This document shows positions 1 through 8,195 of a stretch of DNA of 8,197 bases, piece by piece. Source of the DNA: Amoebophrya sp. A120 (Eukaryota; Protista; Dinoflagellata); contig CAJINV010000071.1 in assembly GCA_905178155.1 (NCBI GenBank), positions 1-8,197 of the forward strand, read 5' to 3'. Made by a program: the position numbers and the translations under genes. Each line of letters starts with the position of its first letter. The stretch's first letter is position 1. Under the pieces are notes generated by a model, which made no database searches, was not told the DNA's origin, and saw only the letters and a list, made by a program, of their open reading frames with translations.

Positions 1-210
1 TTTGGATTCCAAAAAAATCTGTATTGCATGAGTACCAAAGGGAATGTAATTCTTGCTACGCGGAGAGGGCATTTGTCATGCGGAATAGGCATCAAGAAGC
101 TCTCAAAAAATCTGTGCTGCTAGGGCATGCATCACAGACATCAGGGCTCATCCAAAACGTGCATGACAAGTGTCAGAGTCTTCCAGACCCAGACATTTTT
201 ACATTTGATA
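1..210. mobile_element. E1: MITE/introner-like TIR element, left ~52 bp outside the window
   Basis: Ends in the TIR ttccagacccagacatttttacatttgata (181-210). 1-210 is the reverse complement of 4597-4806 (E2) with 4 mismatches, at positions 103, 115, 178 and 204. The right flank ccagg (211-215) is the predicted TSD; its partner is outside the window. Confidence 0.92.
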
Positions 211-643
211 CCAGGAGTCGGGCAACCACCACCAGAATCACGAGACCAACAAATTGCACGGGTCTCAGGGTAGAAGTAGAGGTGGCCGGGGAGGCGGCGC
301 CCTTTATCTTCTTTATCCCGTCCTCGTCTCTACTTGCACTAGAAGCTGGCACCACAAAAGAGCCCCTCGTTGTGGAAACGAGGGTCGAACTCCCCTTAAA
401 CTCCGCATCGTCCTGTTGGGCGATGCCCCCGTCATTGTTCCGACCGGTCGGAGCTAAGGTGCCAACCGCTGGGTAGTACTCCACTTCGCTACCGGGCGTA
501 GCCGCGGACGGCCTTACAGTCGCTGCAGAAATTCGAGCAGGCCGCAAAGTGCTGCTAGTGCTGCTCCCCGGCTTTTTTCCTCTCGCGGAGCCTTGGTCTC
601 CCGCGCCCGCGCGGCGCCTCAGTACATCCTCCCGTTGGCTCAT
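211..643 (-). CDS. Hypothetical protein exon, Ser/Thr/Ala-rich with a hydrophobic segment, interrupted by E1
   Basis: GC-rich part of ORF 173..724(-), from the ATG at 643 (MSQREDVLRR...). It has a possible transmembrane stretch FVGLVILVVVARLL, then reads directly into the TIR (SNVKMSGSG) and stops inside E1. Sequence above 643 is AT-rich. Confidence 0.6.
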
Positions 644-1347
644 GAAAAGTTGTGAATGTAAAGAATCAATCTGAAGATAGACAGTACGGAGCTGATATAA
701 AGGCAAGCTGGAAGACACAACCAAAGATTAATTGGTCCGCAACAAATCTTCCAGGAACAATTACAATTTGCAGCAAATTAGGTAGATATCAAGCATATCA
801 ATTTTCAACACGTCAATACTTCGTAGATTAATACTGTCCATCGTGTATTCACAGATCGCATGAAACGGCACACAAAAAGACCCGAGTCTTTTTTTTTGAA
901 AAGTGATCCATCAAAATTATCTGGTACCGAAGCTACAGCTAGATTTACATCACAAACCGATCGGAGATCTCCTGCAGGCATTTGCATTTGTACTAAACAG
1001 ACCACTTGCACTACTACCGAGAATCTGACAATGCTTGACCGACGACATTTTCTTTGATCTTCAGAGCATTACAGCAATTCCGACCCATTTCTTCATTTTC
1101 GATTAAGTAAACCTCCTATGTTCCAGTATCAACATCAAGGAGATAAGCCCTCTGGCGGAGGCAATAGGACCTACCGAGTTGCCGTTTGCAGAGGCGTGGG
1201 GTCACATTTAACTTGGATGCTATATTCTCAATGCACTTAGTGAGAAGATTCTCAATCTTTATTCTCAGATCGGAAAGAAAGCGTTAATCGGCGGTTCCAT
1301 CCACCGTCGCTAGGGCGTCAGCCGGGCAAGAACTCCGGCACGGAAAT

Positions 1348-1836
1348 TCAGCAGCGACTGGACTGGGATCCACGGGAATCCCGTGGTTGGATCAGCCCCA
1401 TCCAGTCTTGGATCATGATGTCACGCCGCACCTCCTCTTTCAGGTGCCGGCCGGCGTTGCCCGCGACCGCAGGCCTTTTACCGCGGAAGCCGAGGTCGCG
1501 ACTTTTCCGGTTGCCACCACGCCTCCCCAGAACGGCGGCGTCCGACTGAATCAGGCTTGCCGCTTGTTTCAAACTCGACCTGCGAGCCCGTGTGGTCGCT
1601 GGATCTCCGGGACCCGAAAGCGCCCGCGCTCTTGCTGCAGCCCTTTGTTGAGGCGGGAGACCGTCAGAACTGTCATTATGGTCGTGTGCAGCGCCTACTA
1701 CTTCCAAGTGCCTAGGTTCATCTGCATCGGACCGGCGCGGGGTCCAGTGCTGCACACATGTTTTGTTTTTTCTGCTATTTTCAGAAGCCGATCTTGCAGC
1801 TGATCGACCACAAGCATGATTTTGATTTTCAAACAT
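1348..1836 (-). CDS. Probable 3' exon of a multi-exon hypothetical gene (5' boundary uncertain)
   Basis: 162-codon ORF, GC-rich over about 1350-1750, on the same strand as neighbouring exons. No recognisable domain. Confidence 0.45.
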   Translation of the reverse strand: MFENQNHACGRSAARSASENSRKNKTCVQHWTPRRSDADEPRHLEVVGAAHDHNDSSDGLPPQQRAAARARALSGPGDPATTRARRSSLKQAASLIQSDAAVLGRRGGNRKSRDLGFRGKRPAVAGNAGRHLKEEVRRDIMIQDWMGLIQPRDSRGSQSSRC

Positions 1837-1961
1837 CGTACATTCTGAGTACTACCACCATCTTCCTGCACATAGATGCACAACGAACTCAACAACAACG
1901 TTATCGGCGAGGACGATGCCATGCTAAGAAGACTGTGCGCAAAACGAAAAACCAGGGCAAA

Positions 1962-2668
1962 TCATATGAGCAAAAGTGAGTATACAACTTGCTGCTTCCG
2001 TGCGCCGTCGCCGCAATCGCGCGCACCGCCGTCCGGCTGGGCTTGGTGGTTGTGGTTTGGCGGTCGAGCTGCTGGTTTGATGACTGGTGCGTCAATTTCG
2101 TGCCTCGCTCGAATAACGTCATCTTCTTGATCGTCTCCCCGGGCCACGCCAAGCAGGTCGACGCTAACGGGCCGTAGTGGCTTCAGCTGGCTGGCACTGT
2201 AGCTCGCGGACCCCGGCCGCCGGCCCCGCCGAGGCCCCTCCAGCAACGCCACCTTCTGGAGCTGCCGTTCCAGATTCCCGTCAACCCTGTTTTTCATCCG
2301 CGCGGCCGCGGCAGCCGAAAGCGATTGCTCCGTCCACGACCGGGCGGAAGAACTGCAAGCGCTGGATGATGTAGTTGCCGCCCCGTGTTGTACTAGTTGA
2401 GCTGTGTGCAGTAGTTCCGGCTGGTGGTTCTTGCCCTTCTCCCCAACCACCGCCTCTTGTGGCGACGCGGTGTTCCGCCCACTCGTCAATCGCGAAGAGG
2501 ACGAGCCTTGCTTTTCCAGCGACAGCTTGTCGATTGCCGAGCGCAACTGCGACGAAGTCAGCGACCCACTACTCGCAGAATAGTCGGTCGACGCAGCGGA
2601 CACCGCGCTCTTGTTCTGCATCCGCTCCCGCCTGTACCTGTGTTCGTCTCTCGCGTAAAGAGTGCGTT
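1962..2668 (-). CDS. Large exon of a low-complexity (Ser/Ala/Arg-rich) hypothetical protein
   Basis: Part of the 248-codon ORF 1962..2708(-), preceded by a strong acceptor tttaatttcctttcttccgcAG ending at 2669. The exon probably ends near 1990, where the sequence turns T-rich on the sense strand. Confidence 0.6.
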
Positions 2669-2749
2669 CTGCGGAAGAAAGGAAATTAAACTTTGATGCT
2701 GCTACCAATGATCACTGAGGATCGGGACAAGTTTCCGCCCATGACTTAC
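2669..2749 (-). other. Putative canonical GT-AG spliceosomal intron (81 nt)
   Basis: Minus-strand donor cca|GTAAGT at 2749 and polypyrimidine tract plus cAG at 2669. Splicing gives in-frame ...KFREQIRIT-K-RTLYARDEH... Confidence 0.6.
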
Positions 2750-2949
2750 TGGTAATTCTAATTTGCTCGCGAAATTTACTACATAATATGCAAGTCACAT
2801 ATCTTCTACCTTTCCGTGAGATACGCCATCACGCTAGCAGACGGCCCAATGTCGCTTTCCTCAGCACTGGGAAGCCAGGAATACTGGACCCGCGAAAGCT
2901 TCGGCTCAAACAGCGACCTACACAGTATTTTTTCGAAGATCACGACCTC
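2750..2949 (-). CDS. Two small putative exons (2810-2949 and 2750-2778) separated by a possible 31-nt GT-AG intron (2779-2809)
   Basis: Acceptor ctccatcAG at 2950. The frame EVVIFEKILCRSLFEPKLSRVQYSWLPSAEESDIGPSASVMAYLTE joins S-KFREQIRIT if GTAGAAG...ATGTAG is removed. Hand-built model with no transcript evidence. Confidence 0.35.
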
Positions 2950-2964
2950 CTGATGGAGCCAGAG

Positions 2965-3435
2965 TTATGTAAGCACACGGCACAGCAAAAAGAAAGGAAA
3001 AACAGAAAGTCCGCTTCTACGAGCGTCATCAACATCACAATTATCATCATCTTCAGGCTCAGGCAACGCAAGCTCCATAAAATACGGTGGCGGCTTCAAG
3101 TGCGAAGACAATTCGGATGAAGTTCGCTTGATTTTTCGCAGCCCGCTGTCCAGAGCTTGCTCCCAACTTAGCAGGGCGCGCTCTTTTTCCGCCGCATCAC
3201 TTATGCCGTGTCCCGAGACCGGCATTTCCGCAGGAGAAGAATCGCTTGTCAGCGCTGTCAAAAATTCTGCTCCTTCTTCTTGACGCGCGTGGGCTCCACG
3301 CTGACGGCTCGTGACTGATGTCTTCTCTGTCGTATCCACTCTATCGGTGTAGGCTTCTGTGTAGCCGGTTTCCAAGTTCTTCACACTTTCCGCCGAGGGT
3401 TGCTGGCTATGGCAGCCAGGAGAAAACCCGCTCAT
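2965..3435 (-). CDS. Probable exon of a hypothetical protein (boundaries approximate)
   Basis: 156-codon ORF. Its last ~20 codons run through a pyrimidine tract (tttcctttctttttgct) that looks intronic. No recognisable domain. Confidence 0.5.
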   Translation of the reverse strand: MSGFSPGCHSQQPSAESVKNLETGYTEAYTDRVDTTEKTSVTSRQRGAHARQEEGAEFLTALTSDSSPAEMPVSGHGISDAAEKERALLSWEQALDSGLRKIKRTSSELSSHLKPPPYFMELALPEPEDDDNCDVDDARRSGLSVFPFFLLCRVLT

Positions 3436-3800
3436 TGTTTACCATTTTCCAAGAGCAAACTTTTGCACTGGTTTACTCGATGCGCCGCCCAGGAACTGCT
3501 CGGAAGTAGACTTGGATGAAGCGCAATAAACTTGGAGTTGTTCCCCACCAAATGGAAATCTGTGGCCTCGCTATGGTGTAGTGTCGAATGTTGATGTGGA
3601 AGCTCTACAAGCTTGTGAATGAGCAGCTGAAGTCGCATTGTGGACATCCAGAAGCTTGACTCAACTTTTTGCGTCTGTCTCTCCACGCGATCGAATCTAT
3701 CTCGGTGTCGACTCTGCTGTCTACTCAGTTCACAATGACACCCTTTTCTGCTCGCTCTGTTTTTATTACTCTGTTGCCGCAAAGTCAAAAAAAAAATCAA
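3432..3800 (-). CDS. Possible upstream exon or hypothetical ORF
   Basis: 122-codon ORF abutting the next minus-strand ORF, with a possible donor g|GTAAAC near 3442. I could not make the splice phases agree. Confidence 0.25.
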   Translation of the reverse strand: MIFFLTLRQQSNKNRASRKGCHCELSRQQSRHRDRFDRVERQTQKVESSFWMSTMRLQLLIHKLVELPHQHSTLHHSEATDFHLVGNNSKFIALHPSLLPSSSWAAHRVNQCKSLLLENGKQ

Positions 3801-4474
3801 GACGAGTCAACCATCAGATCAGCCAAAGAGTCACCTTTCCACGGAGTCACAAAAAAAAGGACCACGTGTCCTATGATATTGCACACGCATTCTTTTGCTT
3901 AACATGCAGATACATCCACACTGAGAAAGTAACGATTTGAAAATAGCCATTCATCCGAAGTGCGACGAAATGTCTTCAGACCTTCCTAGCTACAAAAGTT
4001 GAGAGATGGCTCGACTCTGTTTTTGGTCCCGAGGATTGGCTTTGTCTATACTGAATAAAAGGATTGCTTCTAGAAGCAGTCATCCTGTATTAATTTGGTG
4101 ACGTACGGCCCCGATCACTACTACTCTATCCAGCCACATCCTATTACCTTATCAAGGCAACGTAAGCATCACATAGAGGTGCAAAGAATAAAACACTGTT
4201 TCATGTATAAAGAGGTGAACTTGGTGAGTAACTACAATAAGAAATCGAGTGTCAAATGTCAGATAAGAATGTCAACATCAGCGGAAAAAAGTGGTCACGA
4301 AACTAAGTTGATTTGGGTTTAGTTAGTGCTGCAAATTGAGTATTTACATTGTGCAATGAATAGAAGGAGGACTCAACAAAACCGCCGAATATCGGGCTAG
4401 TCGCAACCCTTCGGCATTGACTGGCAAATCGTGCGCTCCAGTTCATCCCGCCCCACGTAGGATGGTAGATTCCA

Positions 4475-5249
4475 TTAGCGAACGCCTTCCGGATAGGGAT
4501 ACCCATACATGACAGGTGCTGGTGGCTCGTCGTGGTGTGCTGCTTCCGACTCCGGGGAACTTTCCTGCTGCGAGAAGAGGACGTTCAGCATGGCTTTATC
4601 AACTGTAAAAATGTCTGGGTCTGGAAGATTCTGACACTTGTCATGCACGTTTTGGATGAGCCCTGATGTCTGTGATGCATGCCCTAGCAGCGCAGATTTT
4701 TTGGGAGCTTCTTGATGCCTATTCCGCATGACAAATGCCCTCTCCGCGTAGCAAGAATTACATTCCCTTTGGTACTCATGCAATACAGATTTTTTTGGAA
4801 TCCAAATGCAGCATTACAAGTTGGATTCTTCCAGACCCAGACATTTTTACATTTGATAGGCTTCGCGGTCGTGCCATTCCTCCTCCACCATCTCGTCCTT
4901 CTCGACGCGTTATCAAATGCAAAAATGTCTGGGTCTGGAAGGATGCGAACTTGTGATGCGTGTTGCGGATAATCCAAAAATCTGTGTTGCATGACTTGCA
5001 AAAGGTCCCCATTTCTAGCCATGCCTTGGGGTCATTTCTGATGCAGAATAGGCATCACTAAGGTGCTGCAGAACCTGCGATGCTAGGCCCTGCATTACAG
5101 ACTTGGCGGAGCTTGGAAAAACTGCATGACAAATCTCGGAATTTTCCAGACCCAGACATTTTTACATTTGATACGCGTCCCTCGTGCTCCCGCACGAAGG
5201 CGAGTGGGGAAGGGTATGAAAGTGGACAGATCCCTCCAATCCCTTGCAT
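4475..5249 (-). CDS. Hypothetical protein or terminal exons, interrupted by E3 and E2; join(5174-5249, 4859-4905, 4475-4591)
   Basis: Removing E3+TSD (268 nt) and E2+TSD (267 nt) gives 79 aa: MQGIGGICPLSYPSPLAFVREHEGRV-EKDEMVEEEWHDREA-MLNVLFSQQESSPESEAAHHDEPPAPVMYGYPYPEGVR*. The true start is uncertain because an AG|GTGAGT donor lies at 5274(-). Other frames are also open over this short stretch. Confidence 0.5.
4597..4858. mobile_element. E2: 262-bp MITE/introner-like element, interior inverted relative to E1, E3, E4 and E5
   Basis: TIRs at 4597-4626 (one A>C change at 4603) and 4829-4858. TSD ggctt at 4592-4596 and 4859-4863. Confidence 0.95.
4911..5173. mobile_element. E3: 263-bp MITE/introner-like element
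   Basis: TIRs at 4911-4940 and 5144-5173. TSD cgcgt at 4906-4910 and 5174-5178. Confidence 0.95.
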
Positions 5250-5502
5250 GATAATTTTGGGAAAATATACTCACCTATGCAAAGATAGCTTTTGCACCTG
5301 CACGACAAAGGAGCACGTGCACGATTCAGGTTTTATTCAGATGAATGTATTTCGTCCGGTCGAGACAGTCCGATAGATGCCCGAAGGCCCATTATCTTCT
5401 AAAGTTCGTCATGCAATTACTGCCAAAAACCTAAGATAAGACGTATTTGACCTTTGGGTTCTTTCACTGACGAGGGGAACAAAGGAAACAAGCAGTCCAC
5501 TA

Positions 5503-8195
5503 TCATAAAAGAGGCTCTTCCACCAAAAACGGGTGGTCCGGGGGCACTTCGGTTCTTGTCCACTTCCCGAGCCAGCCCGAAGCGATTTTACCTGCCGTGA
5601 TTTTCTGGACATCCAGGTACTGAATCGGTTGCATGACCTCCCATAACCGATTCTGCTCCTCGCTTTCCCGTTGACACTCCTCCACACTTTTGTACCGTGT
5701 CGACTGCTATCAAATGTAAAAATGTCTGGGTCTGGAAGAGTGCATGCTTGTCATGCTTGTCTGGCATGACTCTCAAATCTGTCACGCACGTTACCCAAGA
5801 GCGCCACTTTTCTGTCATTCAGAAACGCAGTTTGTCATGCAGAATAGGCAACACCTAGAAGCTCAGAAACTTGTCATGCTGAGCCAGCACTTGTGGCCTC
5901 CTCATGATACGCCACCCAGCATCACAAGTTTCCAGACCCAGACATTTTTGCATTTGATAACTGCAGGGGTGCGTTCAAAGCTTCAAAGTTTTCTGAGGAA
6001 CCCGCGACGAGGTCCACCACGTCGAGTTTCCAGCGAATCCGTACAAAATCGCAGTATTTCCTCGTGCGCCCCTTTTCGTAGTTCTGCCAGGCACCCACCG
6101 GGTAGAACTTCTCGGTGGGACGAGAGTAGGGCTGAATGCAGGCAAGCGTTATCCCGGTGGCGAGACCGAAGGAAGGCGATTTCTGCTCGTACAGGAAGCG
6201 TCCGGGGGAGAGGTCGTGTACTTGGAGCACATAGCTTCCCACGGGACCGCGGACATCATCTCTGGCAAACGGACGCAAGGCAATGACGCGCAACGAGGCC
6301 AGGTCGTATCAAATGTAAAAATGTCTGGGTCTGGAAGAATGCAACTTGTGATGCTGCGTCTGCATTATCCAAAAATCTGTATTGCATGAACAGCAAAAGA
6401 GGTCTGATTTTGGCCACGGCGAGAGGGGATTTCTCATGCGGCATAGGCATCAGAAAGCCCTCACAAGATCTGTGATGGTAGGGCATGCATCGCAGACATC
6501 AGGAGTCATGCAAAATGTGCATGACAAACCTTGCATCCTTCCAGACCCAGACATTTTTGCATTTGATAGGTCGACCGTGTTCGCCAGATTCCGAAGTTGC
6601 TTTTCGAGCACACCAGGTTGCTCCTGCTTCTGCTCGTCATCTTCATTTTTACCGATCGCGGGGCTAAATGGACGCCCGTCCTCCACGGAGTTTTCGTCCT
6701 CACCCTCATTTATTCCGGAGCTTGATCCTCCGGGTCGGCGAAGGCCTTGCACCCTGCCAGCGGCATTCGCTGCCCAGTCCGGCAGGAGGTTCAACTTGAA
6801 GTGCTTCAGCCCAACTCGCACAGGAATCTTCAGCACTGGCGGAACACTGCGAATCACGCTGTTCTCGACACTGGGAACCAGTTCGAACCCCGCGGAAACG
6901 GAGGCGGGATTCCTTTTCGTTCGGTCGACTGACGGCTCGAACAGGCGCGCAAGTTGGAACATGCGCGGCTGGTGCAGGGCGGTGAACACGAATTGCGAAA
7001 ACTCTCTTGTTGCGCACTTCGCAAGCTTTTCGTCCGGCCCAATCAACAACATCACAAGCGGAAAAAGCTTTGCCGGGACATTCAGAAAGTGCGCCCAGTC
7101 CGGGGTCACTTGCGCGAGGTTGGTATTTGCTCCCAGTAGAGGACCCTGCCGAATTCTGGTGTTCTGCTGCTTTTTCACGTCGATCGCGCCACGATATACC
7201 GCAACGAGGTACTCCTTGTACAACTGACGCGCGATATCTTCCGCACTGGACTCTTTCATTAATTCAATCTGTTCCGCGGAATGCGCCTTGTGGACCGCCA
7301 GCACGCCCGCGCCGTCTGGAATTCGCGAAGACGATGATGTCTGGCTCAGCCGCCTCGCGGCCGGCCAAAAGTCGGGATCCACTTTGCCCATCTTCGCTTT
7401 AGCATCCTCCAGCCCTTTGTCCAAGCGATTCAAATCCAGGGTTCCTGCTCCGAGGGTGTGAGCAGCGCGGAGCTTTTGCAAACGTTCGGAGCTCTCTGCG
7501 GTGATCCCAGCCGAGTCTCGCAGGGAGGTGAGGTAGGATGTCACTGCTTTGTCCTTGACGCGACGGAGACGGACGGCACGGCCCACCGCACGCAACACCA
7601 CGGAATGGTCATTGTCCGAGTCGCATATCCTTCCCGCGGCGGTCAGCTCGGCGACCAGAAACAAACCGGCATCCCAGACTTCGCCCACAGAGGTCGCGTT
7701 CCACCACGTGTTGGAGATTTGCGCGGAGAACACGTCCGCGAAATTCACAACGGCCTGCCTGTGTAAATCTTGATACATAGCTTGCAAGACGGTTAGGGCG
7801 GACCGGATGGTCTTTGCCAGCGCGTCCCGGGCGGGGCACCTGTCCCCGTGCACGTTCACGTCGCAGGAAGCTGCAATCGCTTGCAATGATCGCCAGTCCG
7901 CGGTCTCATGCAACGTCTCGAGAAGAGCTTTCGTGCGCCGGAGCGCTCGCAGCTGGGCTCGAAAATCCCGGTGGAGAAAGAATGTGCCCGGCACATCCAC
8001 GAGGGCGTGCGCAGAGAGCAGGCGAACGTTGCGGCAGCTGTAGGCATCCTTCAACCCGTTTCTACCCAAGTCGAAGCACGTCCAGTGTTTCGGCGTGCAC
8101 GAGAGGTCGGCCCGGTACTGGCAGAACACCTCGGTTTGTGCATTTTTCACCAAGCCGCAGGAGCCCAATGCTGCTTTGGCTACTGCTTTGGACGG
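5503..8195 (-). CDS. Large hypothetical protein (at least 722 aa, 5' end outside the window), interrupted by E5 and E4; join(6569->8195, 5960-6301, 5503-5702)
   Basis: The frame of ORF 6450..8168 is open to the window edge. Removing E5+TSD (267 nt) gives ...NLANTVD-L-ASLRVIALRPF... and removing E4+TSD (257 nt) gives ...LNAPLQ-S-TRYKSVEECQRE...EEPLL* (stop at 5503-5505). This fuses three separately called ORFs. No domain recognised. Confidence 0.8.
5708..5959. mobile_element. E4: 252-bp MITE/introner-like element (most divergent interior by eye)
   Basis: TIRs at 5708-5737 and 5930-5959. TSD actgc at 5703-5707 and 5960-5964. Confidence 0.95.
6307..6568. mobile_element. E5: 262-bp MITE/introner-like element
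   Basis: TIRs at 6307-6336 and 6539-6568. TSD ggtcg at 6302-6306 and 6569-6573. Confidence 0.95.

Noticed and set aside
24-210. Small protein encoded inside the elements (MHEYQREC...LPDPDIFTFD; also the ORFs at 4475-4783, 5080, 5744 and 6382)
   Set aside because: The recurrence just reflects the DNA repeat. Differences between copies largely change amino acids, E3 has a stop in this frame, and the ORFs run out into unrelated flanks.
874-897. Hairpin aaaaagac-ccga-gtcttttt with a T-run, resembling an intrinsic terminator
   Set aside because: The stem is weak and mostly A/T, the context looks eukaryotic, and there is no credible + strand gene upstream.
1370-1386. Palindrome ccacggga-a-tcccgtgg
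   Set aside because: Single occurrence within a probable exon, unrelated to the element motifs and plausible by chance.
211-4596. Composite transposon or invertible cassette bounded by E1 and E2
   Set aside because: E2 has its own matching TSD on both sides, and no transposase or recombinase is recognisable in between.
4597-6568. CRISPR array, suggested by the recurring 30-bp repeat
   Set aside because: The repeats alternate in orientation, the gaps are 52-534 bp, the enclosed segments are homologous to each other, TSDs are present and no cas genes are seen.
6303-6569. GT-AG border on the + strand for E5 (and GC-AG for E2) when shifted 1 nt into the TSD
   Set aside because: The long ORF is on the minus strand, E3 and E4 have no such border, and the AG arises whenever a TSD begins with G after the terminal A. 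Strand-specific RNA-seq would settle it.
6382-7227. 281-aa plus-strand ORF and other + strand ORFs
   Set aside because: These are antisense shadows of GC-rich minus-strand coding sequence; this one starts inside E5.
6450-8168. The 572-aa ORF as the cognate transposase
   Set aside because: I recognise no DDE, HTH or recombinase motif, and the gene is a target of the elements, not enclosed by one. A profile search is needed to exclude this fully.
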